This document shows positions 22,775 through 33,386 of a DNA stretch of 64,000 nt, piece after piece (positions within the stretch are counted from its first letter, which is position 1; every line of letters begins with the position of its first letter). Origin of the DNA: Tetramitus jugosus (taxonomy: Eukaryota; Protista; Heterolobosea); NCBI GenBank assembly GCA_937625935.1, contig OW569390.1, forward strand, positions 124,001 through 188,000, read 5' to 3'. The translations under genes were made by a program, and so were the position numbers. The notes beneath the pieces are model-generated. The model was given only the letters and a program-made list of their open reading frames with translations, ran no database searches and was not told the origin of the DNA.

Positions 22775-25700
22775 TTAATCTTTTCTCTTTTGTCGTAGGG
22801 CTGCAGTCTTTCTGTCCTTCTCTCGATCCTTTTGATGACACAAAACACATCTGACACCAGACTCACCTTGCGAGTCTTCCAACCTGTGTCGGTACTCCTC
22901 CAAAGAAACAGGTTGAGATCGGCCAGTGACTGGATCTACCTCCTCCTTGGGCATAGTGAGCTTCTCCTCAGCTGCGCCGTTCGCTCCCTTCTCCTTGCGT
23001 TGCTCATTTGCTTGGACAGAAAGGAAACATGGTACATGATATGCGTGACCACACATAAATATCATTGTGTGTTCCTTTGATGAGCTTCGTAGCATATTAC
23101 CACAAACGACACATCTCTTCATGGAACTCACTTTGACGGCCTTTCTTTGTTGCTTATGGAGCATATGACTCAAACTCCGGGTATCAGTATCCAGAACTTG
23201 TTGACAACCCTTTTGGAGAGTCAGTTGCAAAGAATAATCCGAGATTACGTTGGCTAGCTTGTATTTGAGATCAGGTATGCGCATTTGATCTGGAATAGAT
23301 TGTATGAGGGTCATAGGATCCATATGATCCATTGCATCATGTGAATAATCAGCCATATGATCCAACAGGCCAGCAATAAATGTTCCATTGTTCAACGAGT
23401 ACTTGATCAGATCTTGCCACAACTCTGCGTCACGCTGCTTATTTACAAATCCGATTGCGAAATTCACATCTTGCAGCTTGTTAATAATCAATTGAAGAGC
23501 GTCCTTCGTATTACCCATACGACCTAATAAATAAACTATACTTTGATACAATCGGTTTCTGTTGAGTTCGAGCTCTACCGTGACGTTACTCTTGGCACTC
23601 TGTGGATCGGCCTTCAGCACCTCTAATTCATCTTCACAGTTTTCGAGGAATCCTTCGCAAACAGCTAGTGCCTTTTCAATATTGTAACTCTGACTCTGTT
23701 CCAAGAACCACACAAGTTTTTCTGTATCAAACTCGGCATAAAGCTCAACTTGAAGCAGGTGGAATTTGCTGGACTTGCTGCTGTGTCGCTTGAACAGGGC
23801 GTCAAGATACATGTGGAGCAGTTGTCGATCGTCCTTGAGCTGTCTAACCACCTTGTCAACTTGAATCTGTTCTACATTGTTCATGAGCAAATCCAATGCT
23901 CGTGCTTCATCGAGCTTTAGCAAAACGATAATCTTGTCCTGAATCTGTGAGAACAGTTCGTGTTGCTCAATAAACTGGAACACTCTTTCTGGAGTTTGCT
24001 TCAACTGAAGATAGATGTCCAATGTTTTTTCATACTTTTGCTCACTTGTGTAGAGTTGAGCCAGAGTGTTGAGCAGTGCAATACGTCTAACTTGTTCCTC
24101 CTCAGTAGGTGCTGAGTTATCTTGCTTTGGTGTGTACTCCTTCTTGATCTGCTCTGTAACAGCAGTGATAATGTGTTGGGAATTGTACAGTTCTTTTGGC
24201 ATGGATTGAACAGCTTGGAGCAGCCTTGGTGCACTTGTGAACAGATAGTGGTTCAACAACATTTCATAAATCGTGTCACTCAATCTCACCTTTGAGAAGT
24301 CTATCTTCTTATCAAGTGCTCTGAATGAAGGCTCCTTGGTCAGAGCAGTGGGTGGATCGAAATCAAAACCAGTCAGAGTTGGTGTGACGGCAGTAGGACT
24401 CAATGAATCTGACATCATTCTGCCACCAGGAATAGGAATGTATGGAACAATGGTATCAAACTTTTTCTTTTGAATGAATGACCATATCCATTTCTCCCAT
24501 TCTTCAACATTGGTGCCTGCAACTTGTGGTACAAGCTGAGCAGCCTTGTCCCACTCTCCTCTGCCTAACAAGAACGAAATGTATCGTCGCCCAATATTCT
24601 CAATCGAGTAGTCAGGCTTCATCACCACTCCCAGTTTGCTCTGCTCATTTGCATAGTCCAATGCCAATGTAAATTGATCTTTGGCCAACAACCATTGCAT
24701 GTGATCATCTGCGTCTCTTGGCTTTGCAACAACGATATCTCTCTGAGATAGAATATAGTATGCATTGTCAATCTCACAATACTCAAGTCTATAGTCATGC
24801 ACTGAATAATTTTCATAGTTTTTGATGGAGAGAGCATCGCAAGACAACTCCTCTCCCTTCATGTCCAATATTCTCAATTCAGGTCGAGGAGCACTGGTTC
24901 CTTGATGTTTTTGATTCGATCCCTCTTCTTCGTCATCATCTTCGTCCTCATCAGAATCAGAGTCCGCTGTTGGATCATATGCGAGCAACAACAACTCATT
25001 GTTACCATACGGTTGAATACCACAAATCAGAAAATCAGTGTCAAACATAGCCATAATCTCAACAACCTTGTTTGGTCCTCTCGAGTCCTTTGGCAATGCA
25101 GGACTAATCACACGATCCTTAATATTTAACACTGCAACACTTGTTCCCCAGCCGACAATCAATCGATCTTCACCTCTTGGTGTTTCGTGCCACACCAAAT
25201 TACATCTGCATGTGCCCTTGTTCTCAGAACCCTTTTGTCTCGGTATATACGACACTTTTTCATTATCAGTCACATTATATATTTTTACACCTTGATCATT
25301 GGCCCATGCAATCAAGTTTTTGAACCACCGAATCGCATGAATTGGGCCTTCATTCTTATGAATAATGGTTTCCTTGTAGCCGAACCATCCCTTCTTCATA
25401 AGAATGAGTTTACCTGGTCTTCCACCACAAATGACTCTTTCGTTCCTTCGTACGTACTCTGGATCGACCTGTACACAAGAAACACCACCCTTTAACAATA
25501 TATCCAAACTATCACCATTGTTTGCTCCAGTAGTACTGCTCTCCCTTGTACCACTAATGGACAAATCAACACCACCACCACCTCCACCACCACCAACACC
25601 AATCGGCTGTTGACCTGCTGACACATCACACAAATTTCTCACCACAATTTTTCCATCATCCGAACAACTAGCGACATAATCACCGTGCAAATCAATTGAC

Positions 25701-26104
25701 ACGTCTCTCACTGCTCCTACATGAGGCCTAAACTTTTCTCCACAATAACCCTCAAAATTCAACAAGTACAAAAAACCGAGATTCGTCCCCAGAATAATCA
25801 ACTTGTCACTTACGCACAGAGCAGTTGCCGTATTGTTTTCTTGTTCAAAAATAGTAGGTAATGAACCGACTAGTCTTTGATATTTGAGTTGTGGTTCATA
25901 CTCTGATGAGTCATCATCATCATCTTCATCATCTGCTTCTTCTTCTTCATCATCATTTTCGTCATTTTCTTCTTCTTCATTTTCTGTTGTAGTTTCTTCT
26001 TCTTCTGATTCATCATCAGTATCATCATTGTGTGGTTGTTGTTGTTGTGGTTGATCTGCTGATGATGCTTCAGAGGAGTCAAGAGTTTGATTCTTGTGTG
26101 TCAT
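22775..26104 (-). CDS. VPS41: HOPS subunit Vps41
   Basis: EPQLKYQRL, WD propeller (IAWANDQGVKIY), DIVVAKPRDADDHMQWLL, clathrin repeat (YLLGRMGNTKDAL) and C-terminal RING; first ATG at 26104. Confidence 0.95.
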   Translation of the reverse strand: MTHKNQTLDSSEASSADQPQQQQPHNDDTDDESEEEETTTENEEEENDENDDEEEEADDEDDDDDSSEYEPQLKYQRLVGSLPTIFEQENNTATALCVSDKLIILGTNLGFLYLLNFEGYCGEKFRPHVGAVRDVSIDLHGDYVASCSDDGKIVVRNLCDVSAGQQPIGVGGGGGGGGVDLSISGTRESSTTGANNGDSLDILLKGGVSCVQVDPEYVRRNERVICGGRPGKLILMKKGWFGYKETIIHKNEGPIHAIRWFKNLIAWANDQGVKIYNVTDNEKVSYIPRQKGSENKGTCRCNLVWHETPRGEDRLIVGWGTSVAVLNIKDRVISPALPKDSRGPNKVVEIMAMFDTDFLICGIQPYGNNELLLLAYDPTADSDSDEDEDDDEEEGSNQKHQGTSAPRPELRILDMKGEELSCDALSIKNYENYSVHDYRLEYCEIDNAYYILSQRDIVVAKPRDADDHMQWLLAKDQFTLALDYANEQSKLGVVMKPDYSIENIGRRYISFLLGRGEWDKAAQLVPQVAGTNVEEWEKWIWSFIQKKKFDTIVPYIPIPGGRMMSDSLSPTAVTPTLTGFDFDPPTALTKEPSFRALDKKIDFSKVRLSDTIYEMLLNHYLFTSAPRLLQAVQSMPKELYNSQHIITAVTEQIKKEYTPKQDNSAPTEEEQVRRIALLNTLAQLYTSEQKYEKTLDIYLQLKQTPERVFQFIEQHELFSQIQDKIIVLLKLDEARALDLLMNNVEQIQVDKVVRQLKDDRQLLHMYLDALFKRHSSKSSKFHLLQVELYAEFDTEKLVWFLEQSQSYNIEKALAVCEGFLENCEDELEVLKADPQSAKSNVTVELELNRNRLYQSIVYLLGRMGNTKDALQLIINKLQDVNFAIGFVNKQRDAELWQDLIKYSLNNGTFIAGLLDHMADYSHDAMDHMDPMTLIQSIPDQMRIPDLKYKLANVISDYSLQLTLQKGCQQVLDTDTRSLSHMLHKQQRKAVKVSSMKRCVVCGNMLRSSSKEHTMIFMCGHAYHVPCFLSVQANEQRKEKGANGAAEEKLTMPKEEVDPVTGRSQPVSLEEYRHRLEDSQGESGVRCVLCHQKDREKDRKTAALRQKRKD

Positions 26105-26319
26105 CTTTTGATAATGTTTGTTGTGTTGGTTGTGTTGTTGGTTGATGATGATGTTTTTTCTCTCTCCAATAAACAAAAGAAGGAAGAAGCTTTTTTGTGT
26201 TTTTTGACATGAGAAAAAATGGATCTTCTGATGCGGAAAAATAATGGATAGGCGGAGATTGGAAGGTATGCTTTCCGTGAACTACAATGTAGGTGTTAAG
26301 ATTTTTGTTGTGATTTGTT

Positions 26320-26523
26320 TTACTGCATGTATTTGGTTTCGATTAACCATGCCTTGAATGTTTTCATATCTGGATACACCTGTCGACACACTTCTGCCTC
26401 TCGACCGCCTACATTTTCATAGTCATTGTACCATCTTATATTATCGACAGACTCTTGGGTTTTATCCTTGGAGTATTCTTCAAATGATACAGGATCGTGT
26501 TGGAGTGGATTGACTGGAAACAT
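26320..26523 (-). pseudogene. possible NmrA-like C-terminal gene fragment
   Basis: VSFEEY..RWYNDY..VYPDMKTFKAWL resembles the NmrA-family C-terminus; there is no room for an N-terminal Rossmann fold. Confidence 0.3.
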
Positions 26524-26602
26524 TGTCTGTTTTATGTGAGTTTAAATACCGCGAGTTTTCAAAAAGCCGTTCTGAATAGCGGACATCCGGCGTCTCTATC
26601 TT

Positions 26603-28213
26603 TCATGCATTTTCTTTTTGCGCCTTTCCGCTCGGGTGTCCGCCAGTCACTGAACCTGAAAGCTGGTATTCCATTTCTTCATTCTCCTTCTTCAACTTTA
26701 GGACTTCTTTCTCAACTGTTCCCCATTGAGATGTCTCTAACAGGCCAGTAATTCTTCTTAAAAGGTTTGCGTGGTCTGTTTGCTTCTCGTCTGGGAATTT
26801 TGTTCTCAATGTTGTATTCTTTTGAACAATGTTACGCATTTCTCTCAGATAGATGGACCTTGATGTCTGGCTAGAACTGTCATTGAGGCCTTCGTTCTTT
26901 GCAAAGTCAACAAGGACTTGATAGTTACTTTGCAATCGATGGGTACTATATTCTCCGAGATATTGTTTTGTGTGCAACAATCTTTCTTTCTCCAGCATCA
27001 TTCTTCTCAGTTCTTCTTGTTTGAGAGGTGACAGTGAATGGATGTATCCTCTGAGTATTGTGATAATTTCCCATTGCTTTGCTTTCTCTTCTTGGTATGC
27101 CGCACTGTGATCTACTTCATAAATGAACTTATCTGAGGCATCAGATGTCAAAAAACAATCGGAATCTACCGTCTCTTCTTTGGCTATGATTCTTCCTCGT
27201 CGATCCCGAATTGGATAATGTGGTGTCCAGAATGTATCACTGTCCCACTGATAAACGCGGGCCACACCAGGAAACCGAACCATGCGGTGAAAGTACTTTT
27301 CTTTATCAATCTCTTCTGTTTGAGGGGGATGTATAGTGAGATACTTGACATACCGTTTCTCACGAGAACTCTCGAGAAGAAAAGCAAGAACATTACCCTT
27401 GATCACCAAATGGCACGCGCTCTCTAAAAAAAAGGGATACAGAGCAGTCCAAAGAACAGAGTTGTGATCACCAGAGTCTAGGACAATTCTTTTGACATGA
27501 GGAAAAGGTGGAATCTTGTACTCTTGTGCCTCTAGCTTGGTGGAATACTTCTGTCTTTTTGCTGGTGGTCGTACATTGTCTCTTCTCCGGCATAGAGGAT
27601 AGGTTTCTACAGCTACATGGTGAGTATCACTGGTGTTGGCAAAGTTGAGCAGTACGGAAGAAGTAGGTTGACTTTCTTCCTTAGATCTCAATTCTCGGAG
27701 AGAGCAACCAATCAGTTGTAAATCCCCAAGGAACTTGGACTGTCCAAGAATTGGTGACATCACACAATGGAGGAAAGTAATCCCAAAAAGATGCTCTTCA
27801 TAGTCTAGCCAAGATGAATTAACATCCGGGTTGGAGAAGTCTACACCTTCAAAAATCATGTTCCTCAGATTGAATCCCTTGACACAATACATGTCATGAT
27901 ACATCTGAACAATTGAGATCATCTTCTTGGAGCTCACTACATTAGCCTCATTCATTCTCAAACACCTCTTGTTCCATATTTCAGGACGATACTCAATCAG
28001 GAGATAAAATCGTTTGCACACCAGCCTCCACTGCAACAAGTTCTTGAATCCAATATTGTCATTCTCGACAAAACTAAAAATGGAAGTCCAGACTTCATCT
28101 TCTCCAATCTCCTCGGTTGATCTTTGGGGTACCTTGATTGGGTGTCGTTCTTTTCTAAACCTTTGTGCTTGGGCTTTTCTGAAGTCGGCAAGTTGGTTCT
28201 GAAACGATGACAT
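26603..28213 (-). CDS. F-box-containing hypothetical protein
   Basis: DEVWTSIFSFV..LLQWRLVCKRFY F-box signature; the ORF extends upstream to a TTG at 28279. Confidence 0.7.
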   Translation of the reverse strand: MSSFQNQLADFRKAQAQRFRKERHPIKVPQRSTEEIGEDEVWTSIFSFVENDNIGFKNLLQWRLVCKRFYLLIEYRPEIWNKRCLRMNEANVVSSKKMISIVQMYHDMYCVKGFNLRNMIFEGVDFSNPDVNSSWLDYEEHLFGITFLHCVMSPILGQSKFLGDLQLIGCSLRELRSKEESQPTSSVLLNFANTSDTHHVAVETYPLCRRRDNVRPPAKRQKYSTKLEAQEYKIPPFPHVKRIVLDSGDHNSVLWTALYPFFLESACHLVIKGNVLAFLLESSREKRYVKYLTIHPPQTEEIDKEKYFHRMVRFPGVARVYQWDSDTFWTPHYPIRDRRGRIIAKEETVDSDCFLTSDASDKFIYEVDHSAAYQEEKAKQWEIITILRGYIHSLSPLKQEELRRMMLEKERLLHTKQYLGEYSTHRLQSNYQVLVDFAKNEGLNDSSSQTSRSIYLREMRNIVQKNTTLRTKFPDEKQTDHANLLRRITGLLETSQWGTVEKEVLKLKKENEEMEYQLSGSVTGGHPSGKAQKENA

Positions 28214-28353
28214 GGCAATTGTTGGTCTTGTTGTGATTGTGTTGTTGGGTGTTACTTCCTTGGTTGTCGTGTCAGGCAAGATTTTATAGTAGCAGCTGGT
28301 GTCGGCTTTATTTTTTCTGAGGATTCCTGCAAAAACGAAACTCCGTGCGGATA

Positions 28354-30174
28354 TTATTGAAGGAGGGCGGTGCGATCTCCTTGACTTTGTTTCTTCTTCA
28401 TTATTACACGGTTCAGGAGGAAGAAAACGAGTAGAGCCACAAAGAGCAAAAGACAGACCAACAAGGGAACAGTCAATGCCACAGCTAGAGCAATTCTGTT
28501 GTCTTTCTTCGCGATAGCAAAACAGGAGTCATTGGATGGTCTGATATCTTTGATCTTGGAATTGATGGATAATCCTTCGTAAGAAGAGTCCCAATAATGG
28601 GATTCCATGAGATTACCGACTCTTCTAATCACGGAAAAGACACGAGTGGTGTCGATTGTTCCAATGGCAATTGATTCATTTCTATCTGTTAATCCATTCA
28701 TTGCTTGCTTTTGGGAGTTATATGGAATGTTGAATTGTGTTTCCTTTGAGCTATCTAAGCAGATTGCCCAATTTTCCATGTTGCTATCCAGAGTATCGGG
28801 TTGATTCAATGTCCACGTTCCTTCAAAGTCAAAAGGGTTTGAGCCAGCAAGCTTACATTGTTCATCATTCGAGAAGAAATTGACTGTTTTTTCATAAATT
28901 GACTTCTTTCCATCCAATTGCACATGAGTTGCGTTCGTGTCAGTACCATACCACTTTGCACCGGTAAATTGAGACAAATCATCTGAGAGAGTAATCTCAA
29001 ATCTTCCATGGTATGGTTTCTTTTCAGTTACATCATACCACATTCCGGACCAGGACTTTCCATTCGTAGACAAAGAACCATACACGGATCCTCTGACTAA
29101 TTGTTGAAGCTTCGAGTTATAAGAAGAAATGGAACCTCTCAAGGTACTGCCACTATCGTAGCACACGAACATTAACCGCCCCTTCCCCAGATCAAATGTA
29201 CCCATCCATGGCATCTGATTCTTTGCAGAAACACAAGTACCAACGTCGTCTGACGTTTTTTTGTACGAGGTCACAGATCTCATATGCCAAGCGCTGTTCG
29301 ATAGTTCAAAATAATTGCCATCATCCACGTACCATTGAGCTTCAAACACAGACTCACTTGTGATTACTCTTAAAAATGTACCCATGGATTTGGTTTGGAA
29401 CGATGCCTTGGAATCACTGTGCATCCAAACACCGGCCCAAACTCTTCCGTTGAAAAAGGTCTGAGCACGAGCGACAGCAGGAGTATTCAACTCTGACTCG
29501 ATATCTCCCACAGCTGAACTGTCTTGTTGATTGGCACACCACGTCATATTACCATTCGTGGCGTCTTCACCACTTGAATCAACAGTGGTCCAAGTACCAG
29601 ACATGTTAAACATTTTTGTTGCACCGAAATCATAGGACATGCACTGGGCAATTGTTGCCTCTTGATTCGACAACTTTGTTTCACGAATGTTTAGTGCTTT
29701 GGTCCCACTGAAATCCTTTGAATTCAAATACCACAGTGAACCGACAAGCTCCGTTCCATTGTTCTCACCCAGAGATTGCTCTTGCCATGCAAATTGACCA
29801 TTGACTCCACCAGCGTCCACAAATTGACCACGCAACCATTTTTTCTTCTTGTCCATTGTGCCTTCCACAATTCCCACCAACACTTCTTGTTGTTGCTTGT
29901 CTTTTGTGATGATGGATTTCACATAAGTTCCCTGAACAACTACCGTTGTTGCTTCATTAGCATTCTTTTGACAGAGATAGAGACGACCACCTGATCCAGC
30001 ACGTGTCTCAAACGAGTACACTCCAGAGAAGGGAACATCACTGTTGTTGTTGTTGTTGTGATCAAAAGCTTTGACTTGATCAAAACACAAGAAACACAAC
30101 AATAGCAGAGAAACAACAGAGAGGATCATCAACACACGAGTGATGATGCCTCGAGGCCACGTTGGTGTTATCAT
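28354..30174 (-). CDS. type I membrane/surface protein with repeated beta-rich modules
   Basis: N-terminal signal, four modules starting FSGVY/MSGTW/WMGTF/FEGTW with paired Cys, C-terminal TM helix followed by a basic stop-transfer segment. Confidence 0.75.
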   Translation of the reverse strand: MITPTWPRGIITRVLMILSVVSLLLLCFLCFDQVKAFDHNNNNNSDVPFSGVYSFETRAGSGGRLYLCQKNANEATTVVVQGTYVKSIITKDKQQQEVLVGIVEGTMDKKKKWLRGQFVDAGGVNGQFAWQEQSLGENNGTELVGSLWYLNSKDFSGTKALNIRETKLSNQEATIAQCMSYDFGATKMFNMSGTWTTVDSSGEDATNGNMTWCANQQDSSAVGDIESELNTPAVARAQTFFNGRVWAGVWMHSDSKASFQTKSMGTFLRVITSESVFEAQWYVDDGNYFELSNSAWHMRSVTSYKKTSDDVGTCVSAKNQMPWMGTFDLGKGRLMFVCYDSGSTLRGSISSYNSKLQQLVRGSVYGSLSTNGKSWSGMWYDVTEKKPYHGRFEITLSDDLSQFTGAKWYGTDTNATHVQLDGKKSIYEKTVNFFSNDEQCKLAGSNPFDFEGTWTLNQPDTLDSNMENWAICLDSSKETQFNIPYNSQKQAMNGLTDRNESIAIGTIDTTRVFSVIRRVGNLMESHYWDSSYEGLSINSKIKDIRPSNDSCFAIAKKDNRIALAVALTVPLLVCLLLFVALLVFFLLNRVIMKKKQSQGDRTALLQ

Positions 30175-30324
30175 TTTTTGTGCTTTTCTTGAGAACTCTC
30201 GGTCCGCTAGCTAGAAATTTCGCCGAGAAATTTTCGCCGGACAAATTTACATTTTCGTACGGTATAAGTATATGATCTTACGCTCCATCAAAGTGCTGCA
30301 AATTGAACTTTATATTTGGATGCG

Positions 30325-31620
30325 TTATTTAGATCCTTCAGACTCAATGGTCGCCAACTCGTCAGATCTGAGGTCGAAATCGATGTACTCGCCCAGCAAC
30401 TTCTTCTGTTCCTCACTCAATCTCTCTAGTTGATTGTCAGACAGTTGTTTCACAACATGTTCGAAGTAGTCTGAGTGGAAGTTCTTGTTTTCAACAGAGA
30501 AAGAATAATTCAATGACCCTCCACCAATGTGGATTCCTTGGAATGTCAGGATTTCGGGAAGAGGTGTCATCAGTTTCTCGTACACTGGCCTCTCGAGCAC
30601 AATGCAAGCAGATCCTGAACTCCCAGGGCTTGTGCAAGAGGTATGACTATAAGTTGTACCAATTTTACCTACGACTTGACCCAACGACACAGATCGATTG
30701 TTTACAGCGAGGAGACGGTTGATGGTTGCCGCAGTGTAATTCTGATCCCTAAATTCTTTGTTCAGCTGGGTCATGAAATCCTTGGGCACAGGTGCTGGAG
30801 AACCTACAACAAGATGATCATAACCATCTGTTGAATCATCAGCGATGGATTGCTTCGCTTCCTTGTTTATCACGGCCGATATTGGCTTGGGGATGAGGAA
30901 GGTTGGAAAGGAGCCTTTGTAAGATGCATCTTCGGCAATCAGAAAAGCATAGTCGTTTTCGCTAGCTATCTGATCCTTGGCGTCGACATTTCCATCTTTC
31001 AATACTTGACAGACTACGCTAGGACAAATCTGTCCTCGGAAGTCCTCATGACAAGCTCTGATTTCTGTTAGCTGAAAAACCTTATTGTTCATCTTGAGTA
31101 GAGGTACAATGTTGTGTGCACAGGTAGCAAATATCAGTTTGTCACCGTTAGAGTAGTAGGGAGTTACTTGAAACGCACTGCAGGTATGGCTGAGAGTTGT
31201 CTCGAATTTTTCCAACAACCCCTCGTACTCGAATGGAGGCACCGTACAATCGGACTCGCGCCTATCTACAATATCATGGTACTCACCAGTAAATTTGTAA
31301 GTAACATACAACACCCATGATACTTCCATTGATATTCTCATTGGTTCCATCCAGTTGGGAGGTACTGTTTTACCAGAGGTGAATCTATTTCGACCCATGA
31401 AAAGCTTGGGGATCTTGGAATTGGTGAGCGAAGTAACCGTTGGAGGATATCTTGGGATCTTACTATGCGTATTCACTACACCGTGTAATCTCGATTGATT
31501 TGCCTCTAAATCACTGCTATATGCGTAAGGTCCGTCCTTATCACAGCTTGCATGGCTATCCAGAGCGGGGAGCTCTCGCGGATAGAGTTGTCTAATGAGA
31601 GCTTGTAGTCTATCACTCAT
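30325..31620 (-). CDS. trypsin-like (PA clan) serine protease domain protein without signal peptide
   Basis: triad motifs ATCAHN (His), NDYAFL (Asp), TSPGSSGSAC (Ser) and GIHIGG. Confidence 0.75.
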   Translation of the reverse strand: MSDRLQALIRQLYPRELPALDSHASCDKDGPYAYSSDLEANQSRLHGVVNTHSKIPRYPPTVTSLTNSKIPKLFMGRNRFTSGKTVPPNWMEPMRISMEVSWVLYVTYKFTGEYHDIVDRRESDCTVPPFEYEGLLEKFETTLSHTCSAFQVTPYYSNGDKLIFATCAHNIVPLLKMNNKVFQLTEIRACHEDFRGQICPSVVCQVLKDGNVDAKDQIASENDYAFLIAEDASYKGSFPTFLIPKPISAVINKEAKQSIADDSTDGYDHLVVGSPAPVPKDFMTQLNKEFRDQNYTAATINRLLAVNNRSVSLGQVVGKIGTTYSHTSCTSPGSSGSACIVLERPVYEKLMTPLPEILTFQGIHIGGGSLNYSFSVENKNFHSDYFEHVVKQLSDNQLERLSEEQKKLLGEYIDFDLRSDELATIESEGSK

Positions 31621-31735
31621 TTTTAGATACGTTTTTCTGATGTTGAGCAGAGTTTATCTTGAAGCAAAAGTTATTAACACAAATCGCAACCGCAATCTAC
31701 AGTAAAGAAGAGGATTCAGAATGAAAACACATTTC

Positions 31736-32716
31736 CTAGGAGATGCTCACAAGAGTTGTTGAGCGTGACTTACAAAAGTCAACCACCTTTTCGATGAAAG
31801 CAGGATCTCGTCCACTCTTAAACCAAGTGAGTGAGCGAATATTCTTCAAATGGGCTAATGCATTCTCAGTGATCGTTTGTTGATCACAGCCACTCATTGT
31901 AAGTTTGTGAACACCAACCAAATAGGGAAATGCCTGATCCGTGATGTTCGTACACTCAATCATTTCAAGTGTGTGAATACCAGTCAGGTGAGTGAATGCC
32001 TTGTCTGTGATTTGAGGGCAATAATTCATACTTAGTTCCTGAATACCAGCTAAATGAGAGAAGGCTCGATCTGTAATTTGACCACAACGACTGATATTGA
32101 GCGTGTGGATGCCAGTCAAATGACGAAATGCATTGTCGGAAATGTTGTTACAAAACATTATATCAAGAGTGTGAATGCCCGTCAAGTAAGAGAGTGCATC
32201 GTCCGTGATTTGATAACAATGCTTCATATCTAACGTGTGAATGCCAGTCAAATGAGGAAACACCTTGTCTGTGATTTGCTTGCAAAAACTCATATTGAGT
32301 GTGTGAATACCAGTCAAGTGAGAAAAGACTTGATCTGTAATTTGCTCACAATCACTCATATCAAGTGTGTGAATGCCTTCCAAGTATTGGAAATGCCTAT
32401 CCCTGACATTGGGATGCCACCAAAAACCTACATTAAACAGTGTACCTTTGTTCAATTGAAACCAGGAGTCAATTTCTTGGTCATTCCAATGCGATTTTAG
32501 TGTTCTCTTCTTGTTGTACATGATGGATCGATTGTACTTAAATTGATTAATTCCCTTGCAAGTGTGACTCAATTGCATCCATTGACGAGTGTCACAAAAT
32601 TCGATAATGATGGTCCATACATCATGGCAAAGTGCAGAACAAATTTCAATTGTTTCACACTTAACATGTTCATTGTCTATTGCATTCTTGTTTTCTTCAG
32701 CTGCATGTTGCTTCAT
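31736..32716 (-). CDS. F-box/LRR protein
   Basis: LCHDVWTIIIEFC..LSHTCK F-box followed by 25-aa repeats LTGIHTLxMxxCxQITDxAFxH. Confidence 0.88.
   Translation of the reverse strand: MKQHAAEENKNAIDNEHVKCETIEICSALCHDVWTIIIEFCDTRQWMQLSHTCKGINQFKYNRSIMYNKKRTLKSHWNDQEIDSWFQLNKGTLFNVGFWWHPNVRDRHFQYLEGIHTLDMSDCEQITDQVFSHLTGIHTLNMSFCKQITDKVFPHLTGIHTLDMKHCYQITDDALSYLTGIHTLDIMFCNNISDNAFRHLTGIHTLNISRCGQITDRAFSHLAGIQELSMNYCPQITDKAFTHLTGIHTLEMIECTNITDQAFPYLVGVHKLTMSGCDQQTITENALAHLKNIRSLTWFKSGRDPAFIEKVVDFCKSRSTTLVSIS
31850..32400 (-). repeat. 75-bp-period coding tandem repeat (LRR), about 7 units
   Basis: recurrent gtgtgaat(a/g)ccagtca motif at about 75-bp spacing. Confidence 0.8.
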
Positions 32717-32954
32717 TTTTGTTTTTTTTGAGCGAAGAGATTGAGTATGCCCTTTTTTTGATTTGTTTTTCACTTAAAGTGAGTTGGCCACGAAATAGAT
32801 CAGGAGGTTCAAGTCCTCTGAAGGATAATTGGGATGCTTCTTTCCGATCAGTCACTCTTAACTGACAGCAAACCACCCAAGGCTTGAGAACTGGTCAGCA
32901 GCTGTTCAACGACCTGACTGAGAACATTTCTCGATGAATTCACGAATTTCATTT

Positions 32955-33230
32955 TCTGAGGGGTTGATGGAGGGTCGTGAGACATCTCCGCTTCTCACTG
33001 CTCACGAATGTTTAGCTTTCTTGGCAGCTACTGACTTCTTCATCCCGTTAAGCACCAGTCCCTCTGTTACCTGTTAGATGACATCTACCTAGATGCCCAT
33101 CATTCCTCCTTGAAGGTTTTCTTTGCTGGTTTTCTTGATTGATCTTCGCGACAGCTTGCCTTCCCTCAGTCGAAAATTGTCAACGAGAAACACCAATCTC
33201 GCGCCACACCTAGCTCCACTAACTCGTGCC
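32955..33230 (-). mobile_element. old decayed family-B-like retrotransposon fragment (ORF2 C-terminus)
   Basis: HELVELGVARD / DNFRLREGKLSRRSIKKTSKENLQGGMMGI*VDVI*QVTEGLV..KKAK / FVSSEKRRCLTTL aligns with the C-terminus of 33387-34571; contains stops and frameshifts. Confidence 0.8.
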
Positions 33231-33386
33231 ATCCGTTTGTGGCGCTTTTTTTTTTTTTTTTTTTTTTAATACAACCATTTCGGTTGCTCGCTTGCTCGCT
33301 TTATTGTCTTTTGTTTTCTTCGGCCATCGCTCGAAGAGCGATGACCCTTGGTCACCTGATTAATTCTCAATGACGCTCGCAGAGCG

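Noticed and set aside
25900-26160. Trinucleotide runs (also 42370-42830 and 63160-63620)
   Set aside because: They mostly encode ordinary poly-E/D, poly-Q and N/T/S low-complexity tracts in host proteins.
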